DNA of 64,000 bases from Malacoraja senta (GCA_038087875.1 JAXLNO010000600.1:248001-312000); one strand, 5' to 3'. Numbered from the stretch's first letter, positions 25,321 through 39,054 are shown. A program made the numbers and translations. Notes: a model not told the origin generated them from the letters alone.

Positions 25321-26049
25321 AAAAAAATGTTTTTAATCATTCGAATCGGTCAGGTTCAGCTCAGGATGGAGATGAGGTGAGTGAGGGTGGTGAATCTGCG
25401 GGATTATTGTCACGGACGGCGGTGGAGGCCAAGTCATTTGGTATTTTTGTAGCGGTTCTTGATTAACAAGCGCTTCAGAGGTTATGGGGAGAAGGTTCGT
25501 TTATTATTGTCACTTTACCGAGGTGCACTGAGAAGCTTTTTTGATGTTGCGTGCTATCTAGTCATCGGATACATGATTACAATCGAGCAGTCTACAGACA
25601 TGGGTTAAAGGGATATAACGTTTAGTGCAAAATAAAGTCCGATTAAAGATAGTCCTAGTGTCTCCAATGAGGTAGATGGTAGATCAGGATCACTCTCTAA
25701 TTGGTGATCAGCCATGATAGAATGGCGGAGTTGACTTGATGGGCCAAATAGCCTAATTCTGCTCCGATACCTTCTGATTTTATGGAAAGAAAAGAGTGCT
25801 GGAGTAACTCAGACGCCGTCATCAACCCAGAGATGCTGCCTGGCCCACAGAGTTGCTTTGTGACTTTCTGTCCGTTTGTAAACCAGCATCTGCAGGTCCT
25901 TGCGTCTAGGTTTAGATTTAGGTTTACTATTATTATCTGTACTGAGGTACAGTGAAAAGCTTTGTTTGCATGCAGATCAGATAACACTACGCATAAATAC
26001 AATCAAGACAAACTCAAGTACAATAGGTAGAGTAACATGCTGTAAAAGA

Positions 26050-26530
26050 GCTCAGTCCGCCTGAACCTACATGATCTCCCGGCTGCTAAACACTTTTAAT
26101 CTCCCTCCCATTCCGACACAGACCTTTCTGCCCTAGGTCTCCTCCATTGTCAGAGTGAGGCTAAACGCAAATTTGAGGAACAGCATCTCATGTTTCGCTT
26201 GGGTAGTTTACAGCCCAGTGGTATGATTATTGATTTCTCTAACTTCAGGTAGCCCCGGCATTCCCTCTTTCTCCATCCCTCCCCCACCCAAGTCGCACTA
26301 GCTTCTCATTTTCACCCAACAAACAGATAACAATGGCCTGTTTCCTTTACTTTTTTCATGTCTTTCATTCAGTGTTCTTTATCTCTCTACATCATTGTCT
26401 ATATCTCTCGTTTCACTTATCCCTAACCAGTCTGAAGAAGGGTCTCGACCCGAAACGTTACCCATTCCTTCTCTCCAGAGATGCTGCCTGTCCCGCTGAG
26501 TTGCTCCAACTTTTTGTGTCCATCTTCGCT
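26050..26530 (+). mobile_element. Penelope-like 3' fragment with an intact hammerhead core
   Basis: Decayed GIY-YIG C-terminus similar to 8190-8390, followed by ctgaagaagggtctcgacccgaaacgtt at 26432-26459. Confidence 0.82.
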
Positions 26531-28854
26531 GTAAAATAGAGCTGTAATCATTGCTGTAATCATTGCCCGTCTCAAACCCATTGCCCGTCTCAAACCCATG
26601 CCTGCGCCTGCAGCTTCAATGTTTTGATTTGGCACATTTTATGTTCTCCGCCGTCTTTTCCTTCAAACAACTCGTTTGTCTTGTCTTGTTTCGGATCAAA
26701 TGGGTAATTCTTGCTGGGATTAGTGCAGTCGAAATGGGCAGTCTTTAAAATAGTTTTTAATACCACATTAAATAGATTTAGGTTTATTATTCTCACGTGT
26801 ACCAAGGTACAGTGAAAAGCTTTGTTTTGCATACTATCCAGTCAGATCAGATAATACTATACATAAATACGATCAAGTCAAACTCAAGTACAATAGGTAG
26901 AGCAAAGGGGAAGATACAGACTGCAGATTTGTCCAGCTCCCACTCCTGTAATCATTGCACATCTCAAACCCAAGCATGCCGCCAATGCTCCATGATCACG
27001 AGAGAGACCACAGCTTTGACTTTTTTCTCTGGCGTGCTTTAATTTCTCCATGTCCCCAATGACATTATCTTATCCTTCAAACAACGGAGTAATTGTTTCT
27101 TGTCTTGATGGGCATGGGTGTTCTTTTCCCAGGGTGGAAATGTCCAACCCTAGAGGTCATAGGTACAAGATGAGAGAGCGAAGGTTTAATGGAGATAGGC
27201 GGCGCAAACCTTTTAACACAGAGAGTGGTGGGGCCAATGCATTGCCAGAGGTGGTGATGGAGGTAGATATGAAAGTGGCATTGAAAGGGCTTTTCGATAA
27301 GCACATGGAAGTGCAGGGAATAGAGGGATGTGGATCATGTACAGGCAGACGTGATCAGTTTATCTAGGCATCATGTTCGGCACAAACGTTGTAGGCTGCA
27401 GGTCCCATTCATGTGCTGTAGTGTTCTATGTTATCCAAAGGACAATATGAGATAAGGATGATAGGCACAAATTACTGGAGTAACAACTGGATTTGTCTGT
27501 CAATTTCTACAGCCCAGCAAACTGAAAAATTAACTCTGCTTCTCCCTCCAAATACATCTGCTGAATGAGTCCAGCATTTTCTGCCTTTATTTTAGTTTTT
27601 CCAGAATATTTTGTTTTCTGATCATCACATACATACTGCTTCTCGTAGAAATGTCATCCTTGAAGAAAGTTTTCTCTCTTCTTTAGTGCGTCTCTTTTAC
27701 TCATTTCATGATTCTTGATGTCTGTTTGCCTTTTTGTCTTTAATAAGCGCTGCACCATTTGTTATTTTCGGCCGATATCCTCATAGCCTAAATTCCACAA
27801 TTTGTTATGGTCTCAAACTCATAACTGCTCTAAATTCATAGCTTTTATTATTTTTCTCTGGAATTGCTTTAGTATGGAAGGCAAAGAGAGGGATGGCCTT
27901 TTTAAATGTTCCCAGCAGAGCTTTTTTTGCACCAGTATATAGATAGTTCAACTAGAGAAGGGGCCAAACTGGACCTGATCTTTGGGAATGTAAGGTTAGG
28001 ATTATTGTGAATATGACCATAACTAGGTTTCAAGATAGTTAAGGAAAGGGAAAAGAATATTCTGAAAATTAAAATTTTGAATTGGGGAAATCCTGATTTC
28101 AATATTTAAGTCAAGATCTGGCAAATGTAGACAGGGAACAGGTAGTTGCAGTAGGTCTAACCAGTCAAGAAGGAGTAATTCAAAATTGAAATAACGAGAA
28201 TTCAGGGTCCACGTGTCCCATAAGGGTGAAAGGATGGAACTATGGAAGTTAAGAGATAGCAAAGTTTGATTAAGTTTTAAAAATAGAGCATCTGGCTGGT
28301 ATAGAGAACCGAAAACAGGGAAAGGTCTTTGGGAGTAAAGAAAGTGTAAAGGGTTCTTTAAAAAAAAAGTTAGGAGGGCAGAGAGTGGCCTCAAAATTAG
28401 GAAACATCCCAAATGTTGTAATGTATTTGCAGAACAAAATCTGTTTGTGGAGCCAGAGGACATAGGTGAGATAAATGAATATCTCATCTGAACATGCACA
28501 AGGACTTTATAGTTGGAGAATTCGAGGGGACCGAGAAAATATTATTAAAGTGGATGGGTATCTGAAGAGTACCTTTTTCACACAAAGGATGGTGGGGGTA
28601 TGTAACAAGCTGCCAGAGGAGGTAGTTGAGGCAAGGACTATCCCAACATTTAAAACAGGTACATGGATAGGACAGGTTTGGAGGGATATGGGCCAAACGC
28701 GGGCAGGTGGGACTAGTGTAGTTGGGACATGTTGGCCGGTGTGGGCAAGTTAGGCCAAAGGGCCTGTTTCCACACTCTATGACTCAATGGGGGAAATATT
28801 AGAAGGCTCAGGCTCAAAATGGAAAATCACCATGAGCCTGATGAGGTGTATTCA

Positions 28855-30465
28855 ATAGTCAATAGGTGCAGGAGTAGGCCATTCGACCCTTCAAGCCAGC
28901 ACCGCCATTCAATGTGATCATGGCTAATCATCCACAATCAGTACCCCGTTCCTGTCTTCTCCACATATCCCTTGACTCTGCTATCTTTAAGAGCTCTATC
29001 CAACTCTATCTTGAAAGCATCCTGAGAATTGGCCTCCACTGCCATCTGAGGCAGAGAATTCCACAGATTCACAACCCTCAGTGTGAAAAAGTTTTTCCTC
29101 ATCTCCGTTCTAAATGGCTTACCCCTTATTCTTAAACTGTGGCCCCTGGTTCTGAACTCCCACAACATCGGGAATATGTTTCCTGCCTCTAGCGTGTCCA
29201 AATCCTTAATAATCTTATATGTTTCAATAAGATCCCCTCTCATCTGTCTAAACTCTAGAGTATACAAGCCCAGCCGCTCTATTCTATCAACATATGACAG
29301 TCCCGCCATCCCGGGAATTAACTTTGTGAACCTTCGCTGCACTCCATCAATAGCAAGAATGTCCTTCCTCAAATTTGGAGACCAAAACTACACGCAATAC
29401 TCCAGGTGTGGTCTCACTAGGGCCCTGTACAACTGCAGAAGGACCTCTTTGCTCCTATGCTCAACTCCTCTTGTTATGAAGGCCAACATGCCATTCGCTT
29501 TCTTCACTGCCTGCTGTACCTGCATGCTTACTTTCAGTGACTGATGAACAAGGATCCACAGATCTCGTTGTACTTCCCTTTTCTCAACTTGACACCATTC
29601 AGATAATAATCTGCCTACCTGTTTTTGCCACCAAAGTGGATAACCTCACATTTATCTACATTAAACTGCATCTGCCAACCAATTTTCCATCCATGTCAGT
29701 ACCCAACCCCAATTCCATGTGCTCTAATTTTGCCCACCAATCTCCTATGTGGAACCTTATCAAATGCTTTCTGAAAGTCCAGATATCCACTTGCTCTCCC
29801 TTGTCCATTTTCCTAGTTACATCCTCAAAAAATTCCAGAAGATTAATCAAGCATGATTGCCCCTTCGTAAATCCATGCTGACTCGGACCGATCCTGCTCC
29901 TGTTATCCAAATGTGCTGCTATATCATCTTTTATAATTGCCTCCAGCATCTTCCCCACCACTGTGAGGCTAACTGGTTTATAATTCCCTGTTTTCTCTCT
30001 CCAGCCTTTCTTAAAAAGTGGGATAACATTAGCTACCCTCCAATCCACAGGAACTGATCCTGAATATATAGAACATTGGAAAATGAACAAGCGTTCAAGA
30101 GAGTTTTAATGTCATGTGTCCCTGATAGGACAATGAAATTCTTGCTTTCTTTTAGCACACCAGAACATAGTAGGCACGAATACTGAACAGATCAGTGTGT
30201 CCATATACCATTGCATAAATATATACACACATGAATAATTAAACTGATAAAGTGCAAATAAACAGATTACTGGCTATTAATGTTCAGAGTTTTGTCCGAG
30301 CCGAGTTTAATAGCCATTGTGTCCATGATTTCTAGAGCCATTTCCTTAAGTACCCTGGGATGCAGACCATCAGGCCCTGGGGATTTATCAGCCTTCAGTC
30401 CCATCAGTCTACCCAACATCATTTCCTGCCTAATGTGGATTTCTTTCAGTTCCTCCATCACCTGG
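28855..30465 (-). mobile_element. CR1 LINE, deleted and interrupted
   Basis: KSPGPDGLHPRVLKE, ANVIPLFKKG, SQHGF and the 3' tail. Confidence 0.88.
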
Positions 30466-30565
30466 CTACCAGCAAAAGAGGAGGTAGCTGACCCCCTGAC
30501 AGATGTGTACGTTTTGACATAGAGAGGTGAGAGATCAATGTAATATCATTCTTCAAGAAGCTTAG

Positions 30566-33500
30566 TGTAGATGGTTTATGCATGCAACCAATCACATAGC
30601 TACCTCACCACTACTAACCCCGCCTTAAGTATCATTTATAATAACGCCTGCTTCTCCTTCTGCGCAGTACAGTAGCAGACTGGAATCAGTGACTACTCGT
30701 GTATTAACTCTGTATACTTATTAAAAGACTATTATAATGTCACACGTGTGTAATGACTATTTACATGGTGTCAGACAGTGACTACTCGCGTCTCCTGTTT
30801 ATCGGTTTTTATTTCTTTTGCTAAGTTTTTATTTTCATTTTGACAATGGCTTCCTCTTGCCGAAAGCCTGCTCAGCACGTCTTCGATTCGGACATCGCGG
30901 AGCGCTGGGCTACTTTCGAACTGGACTACCGCCACTACATGACTATTGCTCATCGGAACGAGCCCGATGATGTCAAAGCCTCGCTTCTTCTCAACCTTGC
31001 CGGCCCCGATGCCATGAGAAGAGCCAGGACCTTCAATTATGCCCCAGCGGTCCTGGGTGCCAACAATCAGGTACTGGTACCCATGGAAACTGCGGAAGAC
31101 CCGCATGTCCTGCTACGCAAGTTCGGGGAGATTTGTGACCTGCCCTCTAATCGTATTTTAGAAAGGGCGCGATTCTTTACTCGCAAGCAGTTGCCCGGTG
31201 AGCCTGTTGAGCGCTTCATCGCTGATTTACGTTACCTAGCCCAGAGGTGCAGGTTCGAAGCTATGACAGACCAGCTAACTAGAGACATTTTGGTGACAGG
31301 GATGATCGATCAGAAACTGAGATCAGAGCTCCTCCGCAGACCCGATCTCACTTTAAATGAAGCCATGCACGCCTGCAGAATGGCTGAGGCCATTGACCCG
31401 CCAGACAGTCAGCGTGATTCGGACACTAAATCTATCAACCTGACTGGGTTCAATAGACCGCGACCTCGATCTGATAACACTCAATTTGTGCCTCGGCCCG
31501 GCCCTGCATCTGTCGGTGAAACCCCCAAATGCCCAAACTGTAACTACATGCATCACAGGCAGTCGCCATGCCCTGCCTTCGGTAAAGCCTGCAACTATTG
31601 CAAGAAATTAAACCATTTATCTGCTGCCTGTCGTTCTCGTGGGAAGGTGCCACGAGCTTCCAGACCTAACCTAAACATGCTGATGCAAGCTGATAACATG
31701 TATTGTTCTCTGTCCTTGCTCGACGCTGCCCACGCTGACGATCCAATTATTTCGCAAGGGGAGGCGAGTGTGCATTCACTCCTTCACGCACCTGGCCGAT
31801 TACCCGATCCAACTGTTCTGATAACTGTCAACAATTCCAGCTTTCACGCTAAGCTCGACACTGGGGCAAAAGTGAATGTAATGTCAATAAGCCTTTTTAA
31901 GAAGATAAGGAATAATGAGCTAATGATTGCAGACCGTTCCACTCTGCACGCCTATGGAGGCGAGGTGCTGAGACCGCTGGGAAAAGCTACTTTCACTTGT
32001 GTGCTGAAAAAGACAACGAGTGCCTTGACTTTTTATGTTTTGAACTCTGACTGTGTGACTCTGTTGGGCGACCAGGCATGCCAGGATCTGGGCCTGGTGT
32101 CGTTTGACAGAACGGTCCACAAGGTGATGATATCGGTAGACCCGGTAAAGGAATACCCAGACCTGTTTAATGATGAACTGGGCAAGCTGCCTATTACCTA
32201 CAAAATTGCTACTGATCCAAAGGTGTCACCTGTAATTCGTGCTCCGCACAGAGTGTCTCATGCCATGAAGGACAAAGTCGAGTCCATGTTGAACGACATG
32301 GTCACCATGGGGGTGCTAGAGGCGGTCAGTGAGCCCACCGAGTGGGTGTCCACCATGGTTGCCACGTTAAAAAAGGACAAGAATGAAATTCGTGTGTGTA
32401 TCAACCCTAAAGACTTGAACCTTGCCATCAGGCGCCCCCACTACCCCATGAGGACAGTTGAGGATGTTGCAGCCCAGGTCGGACAGGCCACCGTCTTCTC
32501 TGTTCTCAACGCAAAAAGCTTGTTTTGGCAGATACCACTGGACAAGGGGTCTTCGGATCTTACCACGTTCTCTACACCGTTCGGCAGATTCAAGTTCCTG
32601 CGAATGCCATTCGGCATCAACTCTGCCAGCGAGGTGTTCCAGAGGACCATGGAACAGCTGTTCGCTGGCCTGCCGTGCGCCATCATCGTTGATGACATCC
32701 TGGTCTACGGGAGAGACGTGGTGGAGCACGACCAAAACCTACGGCGTGTCCTGGAGCGGGCACGACAGATAAACCTCAAACTCAACCCCAAGAAGTGCAG
32801 ATTCCGGGTATCCGAGGTCACTTACGTTGGCCATGTCTTCACTCCTGCCGGACTCAAGCCTGATCCTTTGAAAGCTGCCGCTATCACTGAGATGCTTGCC
32901 CCCACCGACGTGCTCAGTCTACAGCGCTTCCTGGGCATGGTGAACTATCTTGGGAAATGTATTCCCAACCTTAGCGAACTGAGCTCGTCCTTGCGACAAC
33001 TGACTAGAAAAGACACCGCCTGGTCCTGGTTCCCGCAGCACCAGCAGGCTTTTGATACTTTAAAGTCTAAGCTGGTCAGCATTCCTACTCTGACGTTTTT
33101 CGACCTGAAGCGCCCCATCACCGTCACCTGTGACGCCTCGCGATTCGGGCTTGGCGCAGCCTGCCTACAGTCCTCTGCAGGTGGCTCCCTGCTCCCTGTC
33201 TCCTATGTTTCCCGTACCATGACCGACACCGAACAACGCTATGCACAGATCGAAAAGGAGCTGCTCGCCGTCGTTTTCGCCTGCTCTAAGTTCAAGGACT
33301 TTCTTTTCGGGAATTCTTTCACGGTTGAGACTGACCACCAGCCATTGGTGACCATCCTGAGTAAGCCGATCCATGTCGCACCTGCCAGGCTGCAACGTAT
33401 GATGATGCAGCTCCAGCGTTTCGACTTCACCATTGTCTACAAAAAGGGTACTGATATGCACGTTGCCGACACCCTCTCTCGCGCCCCTCACGCCACCTGT

Positions 33501-35179
33501 GATCAACACCCCTACGAACGGGAAGACCTTCTGGTGCTCGGCGTTGACTTTGTCCCCACTAAGCAGCTTCAGTGCCTATCCGAGCATACTGCCGCCGACC
33601 CCGCTTTGCAGCTACTTTCTTCAGTGAAAAAAAGGGGTTGGCCGAGCAAGCGCGCCAGTGCGCCCGCAGAGACACAGCCTTTTTTCCTAGTTTGCGACGA
33701 ACTGGTCATCCAAGACGGCGTTATTGTTAAGGGCCACAAGGTCGTGGTCCCCTCCTCCCTGTATGACAAGTACTATAGCGTGGCCCACATCGGGCACCCG
33801 GCCGTTGATGCCACGATCGCCCACGCACAGTTGCAATTCTACTGGCCTGGAATGGCTAAGTACATTCAGGACCGTGTCTCGTCTTGCTCTACCTGCAACA
33901 GCCTTGCGTCCCACCAGCAAAGGCAGCCCCTTTTGCAACAACCCGCGCCTGCCCTGGCCTGGACCTCGGTGGCCGCCGACATTTTCGAGTGGCTTGGTAA
34001 ACACTACCTCGTCCTTGCTGACTCCTACTCGAACTGGTTTGAGGTTGACCTCCCTCATGTCCGAGATGGTCATCCGTAAGCTGAGGAGACATTTTTCCAC
34101 TTTCGGCTCGCCTGTGAGTCTGCAGACCGACAACGGCAGGCAGTTTACCAGCCAGGAGTTCAAGAACTTTGCCAACAAGTGGAACTTCCTCCACTTCACG
34201 AGCAGCCCTGAGTACCCGCAGAGTAACGGGCTTGCTGAGCGGGCTGTCCGGAGTGCCAAACTACTAATGGAGCAAGCGCGCCTGGCGAATTCCGATTTTT
34301 ACCTCGACCTCCTGAACCTAAGGAACATTTCCAGGGATTGCTCAACACAAGCTGCTGCCTCGAGTGCTGGAGCCTGCCTCCGTCCAGACGCGCATTCAGG
34401 CTAAGCATGACATCGAAAGACGGTCACATGATAGATCGTGCAAGCCTCTGCTGCTTGGACAGGCCGTTCGTCTACATACTGCTAGCGGATATTCCCGTCT
34501 GGCCACCCTGGTTGGCATTGCCGATGCGCCTCGTTCGTACCTTGTGGACTTTGAAGGGACTGTCTACCGCAGGAGTCGTCAGCACCTGCTTGCAGTACAG
34601 GAGCCGCTCCCGCAGGCAGCCGGACCTTACGCTCCGCCGCTGCAGTTCCAGCCATCCGCTGCTGATCCCGTTGCCGGCCCCTGCATGCCTCAGTCCCCTC
34701 GCGTGTTTTGTTCACCTCCGCGTGGGTCGCCCATTGCTAACCGCTTTCCTAGCCCTCCTGCACGTTTGTCCCCCTTGCCGCTTTCTGTTTCCCCACCGGC
34801 TTCGTCGCCTCCGGGTTTGGGTCTTTCTGGTGAGGGGGGGGGAAGGGTTGGTCCGTACGCGCTCGGGCCGTGTCAGCAAGCCGCCCGTTCGGTATGGTGA
34901 TTTTGTTTAAGTCGTTGCCATAGTTATCCACCATGTTTAATCATGTGTTCATGTTTAATCTTCTAAGGGGAAGGATGTAGATGGTTTATGCATGCAACCA
35001 ATCACATAGCTACCTCACCACTACTAACCCCGCCTTAAGTATCATTTATAATAACGCCTGCTTCACCTTCTGCGCAGTGCAGTAGCAGACTGGAATCAGT
35101 GACTACTCATGTATTGTTTAACTCTGTATACTTATTAAAAGACTATTATAATGTCACACGTGTGTAATGACTATTTACA
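30566..35179 (+). mobile_element. Gypsy/Ty3 LTR retrotransposon, near full length
   Basis: TG...CA LTRs at 30566-30765 and 34976-35179. PBS tggtgtcaga at 30766 (tRNA-Leu-like). PPT aaggggaagga before the 3' LTR. Flanks cttag/cttaa form a 5-bp TSD with one mismatch. Inserted in an old CR1 fragment. Confidence 0.95.
30846..34404 (+). CDS. Gypsy gag-pol polyprotein (gag, protease, RT, RNase H, integrase), frameshifted in the integrase
   Basis: Zn knuckle CNYCKKLNHLSAAC, protease LDTGA, RT IVDDILV, RNase H CDASRFGLGA and TDHQPL, integrase H..GH...CSTC. TDNGRQF and SNGLAERAV continue in another frame after about 34050. Confidence 0.92.
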
Positions 35180-35873
35180 CTTAAGAAGAACAAGATATAA
35201 TTACAGGCCAGTAATTCTAACAGCAATGCTAGGGGAGGTATTGGAAAACATCCTGAGGGACAGGATACACTTGGAAAGACAGGGATTAATCTAAGTTAGC
35301 AGGGGTTAGTTAGGGAGGAAAACTTTCAACAGATTACATTTTCCCCCAATGCTGACAAAATGTATTGATGAGGCAGTGTAGTTGATGTAGTCTACGTGGA
35401 CTTCAGGAAAGCTTTTGACAAAATCACAACGGAAACTGGACCATATGAGATCCAGGACATGTAAACAAATTGAATCCACATTGCTTGAGAACAGGAAGCA
35501 AAGAGTGATGTGGAAGGGTTGCTTTTGTGATTGGATCCCTATGTCCGAAGGTATTTAGAGTCATATAGCGCAGAAAGACGCTTCTGCCCAACTCGTCCCT
35601 GCCGACCAAGAAGCTCCATTTAAGCTAGTTCCTTTTGCCGCCACTTTGTCCATATCTCTCTCAACCTCTCCCATCCAAATGTCTTTTTGGAGACCTGCCT
35701 CAACTACCTCCTCTGGTAACTCATTCCATATTCTCACCACTCTGAGTGAAAAAGTTGCCATACAGGTTCCTATTCAATCTTCCCCCTCTAACCTTAAACC
35801 TATGTCCTCTAGTTTTTGATTCCCCTACCTTGGGTAAAAGACTCTGTGCATTCACCATGTTAATTTCCCTCAT

Positions 35874-36037
35874 CTTTTTCTTCTTCTTCTTCTTCTTCTT
35901 CTTCTTCTTGCATATGGCATGCACAGCGTAAAGTTGTAGGACAACTTGTTCTGTTTGATCTTATTTAATTGTGCAAGCCGGGTTGATTGCATTCATTGAA
36001 ACAGGGCGGACCACGTGAAGGTTGCAATCTTCCACCC
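35874..36037 (-). mobile_element. 164-bp SINE with HDV-like ribozyme head and (GAA)n tail
   Basis: Minus strand reads GGGTGGAAGATTGCAACCTTCACGTGGTCCGCCCTG...GCAAG(AAG)n. Direct repeat ttccctcat at 35865-35873 and 36043-36051. Inserted in a CR1. Confidence 0.75.
35985..36037 (-). ncRNA. HDV-like ribozyme fold, probably inactivated in this copy
   Basis: P1 GGGUGG/CCGCCC, P2 GAUUGCA/UGCAAUC, P3 ACC/GGU, L3 UUCACGU. J4/2 reads UGAA rather than CGAA. Confidence 0.7.
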
Positions 36038-37979
36038 AAATCTTCCCTCATGATTTTATCCACCCAACTCTACACTCATTCTCTTGTGCTCCAAGGAATA
36101 AAGTCCTAGCTTGCCCAATCTCTCCCTATAGCTCAAATACTGGCATCATCCAGCTTAATGACATCCTTCCTGTAGTAGGGTGACCAAAACTGAACACTAC
36201 TCCAAATGTGGCCTCACTAAAACATCTTGTACAACTAACAGAACGTCCCAACTTCTATACTCAACACCCTGACTGATGAAGGCCAAGGTACCAAAAGCCT
36301 TCTTTACCACCATATCTACCTGTGATGCCACGTTTAGGGAACTATGCACCTACAATATACATTCAGATCGGTCTGCACTATAACACTCCCCAGAGCCCTA
36401 CCATTCACTGTGAACCTCCTCCCCTGGTTTGACTTCCTAAAATGTAACACTTCACACTTATCTGTATTGAACTCCATTAGCCATTCTTCTGATCAGTTGA
36501 TCGAGCCATGGTTTTTTTTGTAGAAACTACTACTATTTTATACACATTAATAAATGGATATTAATGTAGATATGAATGCATGATCAGTAAATGTGCATAT
36601 GATGTGGACATTGGTGATTTTGTGAGGATAGTGTTAGGCTGCAGGATGATATTGATTAGCTGATTAGGCGTGGGGTGGGGAGAGCAATGGCAGAAGAAAT
36701 TTAATCCTGATAAGTGTAAGATGATGCGCTTTGGGTGAACAAATAACCGAGGTCCCTCATTGATCCTTGCAGAACACCACTGGTTGCGGATGCCAGTAAA
36801 AATATCCATGGATCCAATGTGCCTTAATTTTCCGGGTCAGCCTACCATGAGGGATTTTGTCGAAAGCTTTATTAAAGTCCATGAATACAACATCCAATGC
36901 TCTGCCTTCATCAATCACCTTTGTCAAAATGCTCAATTAAGTTTGTAAGATCAAGTCAAGAGTCAAGTCAAGAGTGTTTTATTGTCATATGTCCCAGATA
37001 AAACAATGAAATTCTTACTTGCTGCAAGAGAATATGTAAACATAATAAATAGTATAACAAAAACTCAGAAAAAAAAGAACAAACAATAACAGTGCAATAA
37101 TAATAATAATAATAGTCTATCGTAGTTCATAGACAATAGGTGCAGGAGTAGGCTATTTGGCCCTTCGACCCAGCACCGCCATTCAATGTGATCATGGCTG
37201 ATCATCCCCAATCAGTACCTTGTTCCTGCCTTCTCCCCATATCCCCTGATTCCGCTATCTAGCCCTATCTAGCTTATGATGTTGTAGTGTTTAATAGCCT
37301 GATGGCTGTAGGGAAGAAGCTGTTCCTGTACCTGGACTTTACAGTTTTCAGGCTCCTGTACCTTCTTCCCGATGGCAGTGGTGAGATGAGTGTGGCCAGG
37401 ATGGTGTGGGTCTTTGATGATGTTGGCTGCCTTTTTGAGGCAGCGACTACAATAGATCCCTTCGATGGTGGGGAGGTCAGAGCCGGTGATGGACTGGGCA
37501 GTGTTTATTCACACAAATATCACCTCCCCACACAAAGCAATGCTGACTACACCTAATAAGTCTGCTTTTCCTGATCCTATAATTTGCAGGTGCGCCTCAA
37601 AACAGATACACCATTGGCTATTCTCCAATCCTCTTGGACCACCTCTGTGACTAAAGTTTACCTCTCTTAATAATCTGGGATAAATCATATCAGGCCCTGG
37701 GGACATCCACCTTTATGTTCTTCGATTGACCCAACAACTGAAGAAGGATCTCAACCCGAAACGTCACCCATTCCTTCTTTCCAGAGATGTCTGTCCCGCT
37801 GAGTTACTCCAGCAATTTGTGCATATCTTCGGAGTAAACCAGCATCAACAGTCCCTTCCTACACACCTCCTTGATATCGCTCATTGCTCTAGATTAGAAC
37901 ATCAACGTACCCTCCGTGATCTCATCATCTCCCATGTCCTTGTGAATATTAATGCAAAACACTAATTTAGTATGTCGCC

Positions 37980-38428
37980 CACTTCATTTGCAGCGTTAAG
38001 TCGGCTTGGACATGGTCGGCAAAACGAGACTCGGCCTTCAATGCCCGATGACTCGACAATAAATACCCACTTACGCGAACATTTAGTGGGTGGAACAGTT
38101 TAAGCGCCGAAGGCGTCGCTATGTACAGTGTGTTTTTTAAAATTATGCGTTGCAGGTCGGAAGCTTATTTTAGTGGCACTACGGTAATCCTGTGAAACAG
38201 TGGAGCACAAGGCTGCAGGGAAAGTTGAGATAGCGTCGGTAAACCGGAGACTGAGCCACCGTAGAATCCGCATTCAAAGGGCGATTGAAGCAAGAGATTA
38301 AGCGTTGGATTGAAGACGAAGAGTGGAAGCTGACTGAAGTGCCGGTCATAGAGTCTGACCGCTTTGGGGTGGCGTTGTTTCGGCATTTACCCCCACGAAG
38401 TCTTCGGAGCGAGAAATATAACGTGAGC
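37980..38428 (+). promoter_or_regulatory. ABCB6: CpG-rich probable promoter and non-coding first exon of ABCB6
   Basis: Non-repetitive CpG-enriched stretch ending in a possible donor (aac|gtgagc near 38423). The ABCB6 ATG exon begins with a splice acceptor, so an upstream UTR exon is implied. Confidence 0.45.
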
Positions 38429-39054
38429 GAAACGTGTGTGTTGAACGTAGGGGGGAGAACAAGGTTAATGAAGCTGGAGTAACTCAGGGGGGCAGGCAGC
38501 ATCTCTGGAGAGATTAGGAATGGATGATGTTTCGGGTCGAGACCCTTCTGAAGCTGCTTAGTTGTATTCCGCTCAGTTTATTTCAAGTAATGAGCGCCTC
38601 TGCATTTATGAAATCAAAAGAGATTGATCTTAAGCTTACAGCAAACTGCATTGGATGCGGTATATGCCTATTTGTGGGAGCATGGACTGCTGTTTGGCTC
38701 AGCTGATCATGACACTGACAGTGTGTACCATGTATGGGGTGTTATATAACTTAAAAAACGGCAAGTGGTATTGCAATAAATTGAGTAAAGCCATGAGACC
38801 AAATGCAGGAATGTCCTGTGGGAAGCCTTGTGATGGATGGATGCCTTTCCATTTTGTACATTTATCAATGCTGTCTGGTAACCCAGATAAACTTATACTG
38901 CCTGCCCCCACCCACCTTGTCCTGACTGTATCTGATCCTGGGTATGTGACCCTCCCAGTCTTTATGTTGCATCTTATCACTTATTGTTAACAACAGCACT
39001 CCAGGTCAAAGTTAATTGCAGACCTAGTGAAAACTCGTTATCTACACGAGTTAA

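Noticed and set aside
24647..25466. Pro/His-rich plus-strand ORFs in the CpG island (e.g. 24874-25167)
   Set aside because: Low-complexity ORFs expected in GC-rich DNA, with no recognisable domain or splice partners.
38179..38502. Short ORFs in the CpG-rich region upstream of ABCB6
   Set aside because: No recognisable homology, and they run into a repeat. More likely promoter or UTR sequence.
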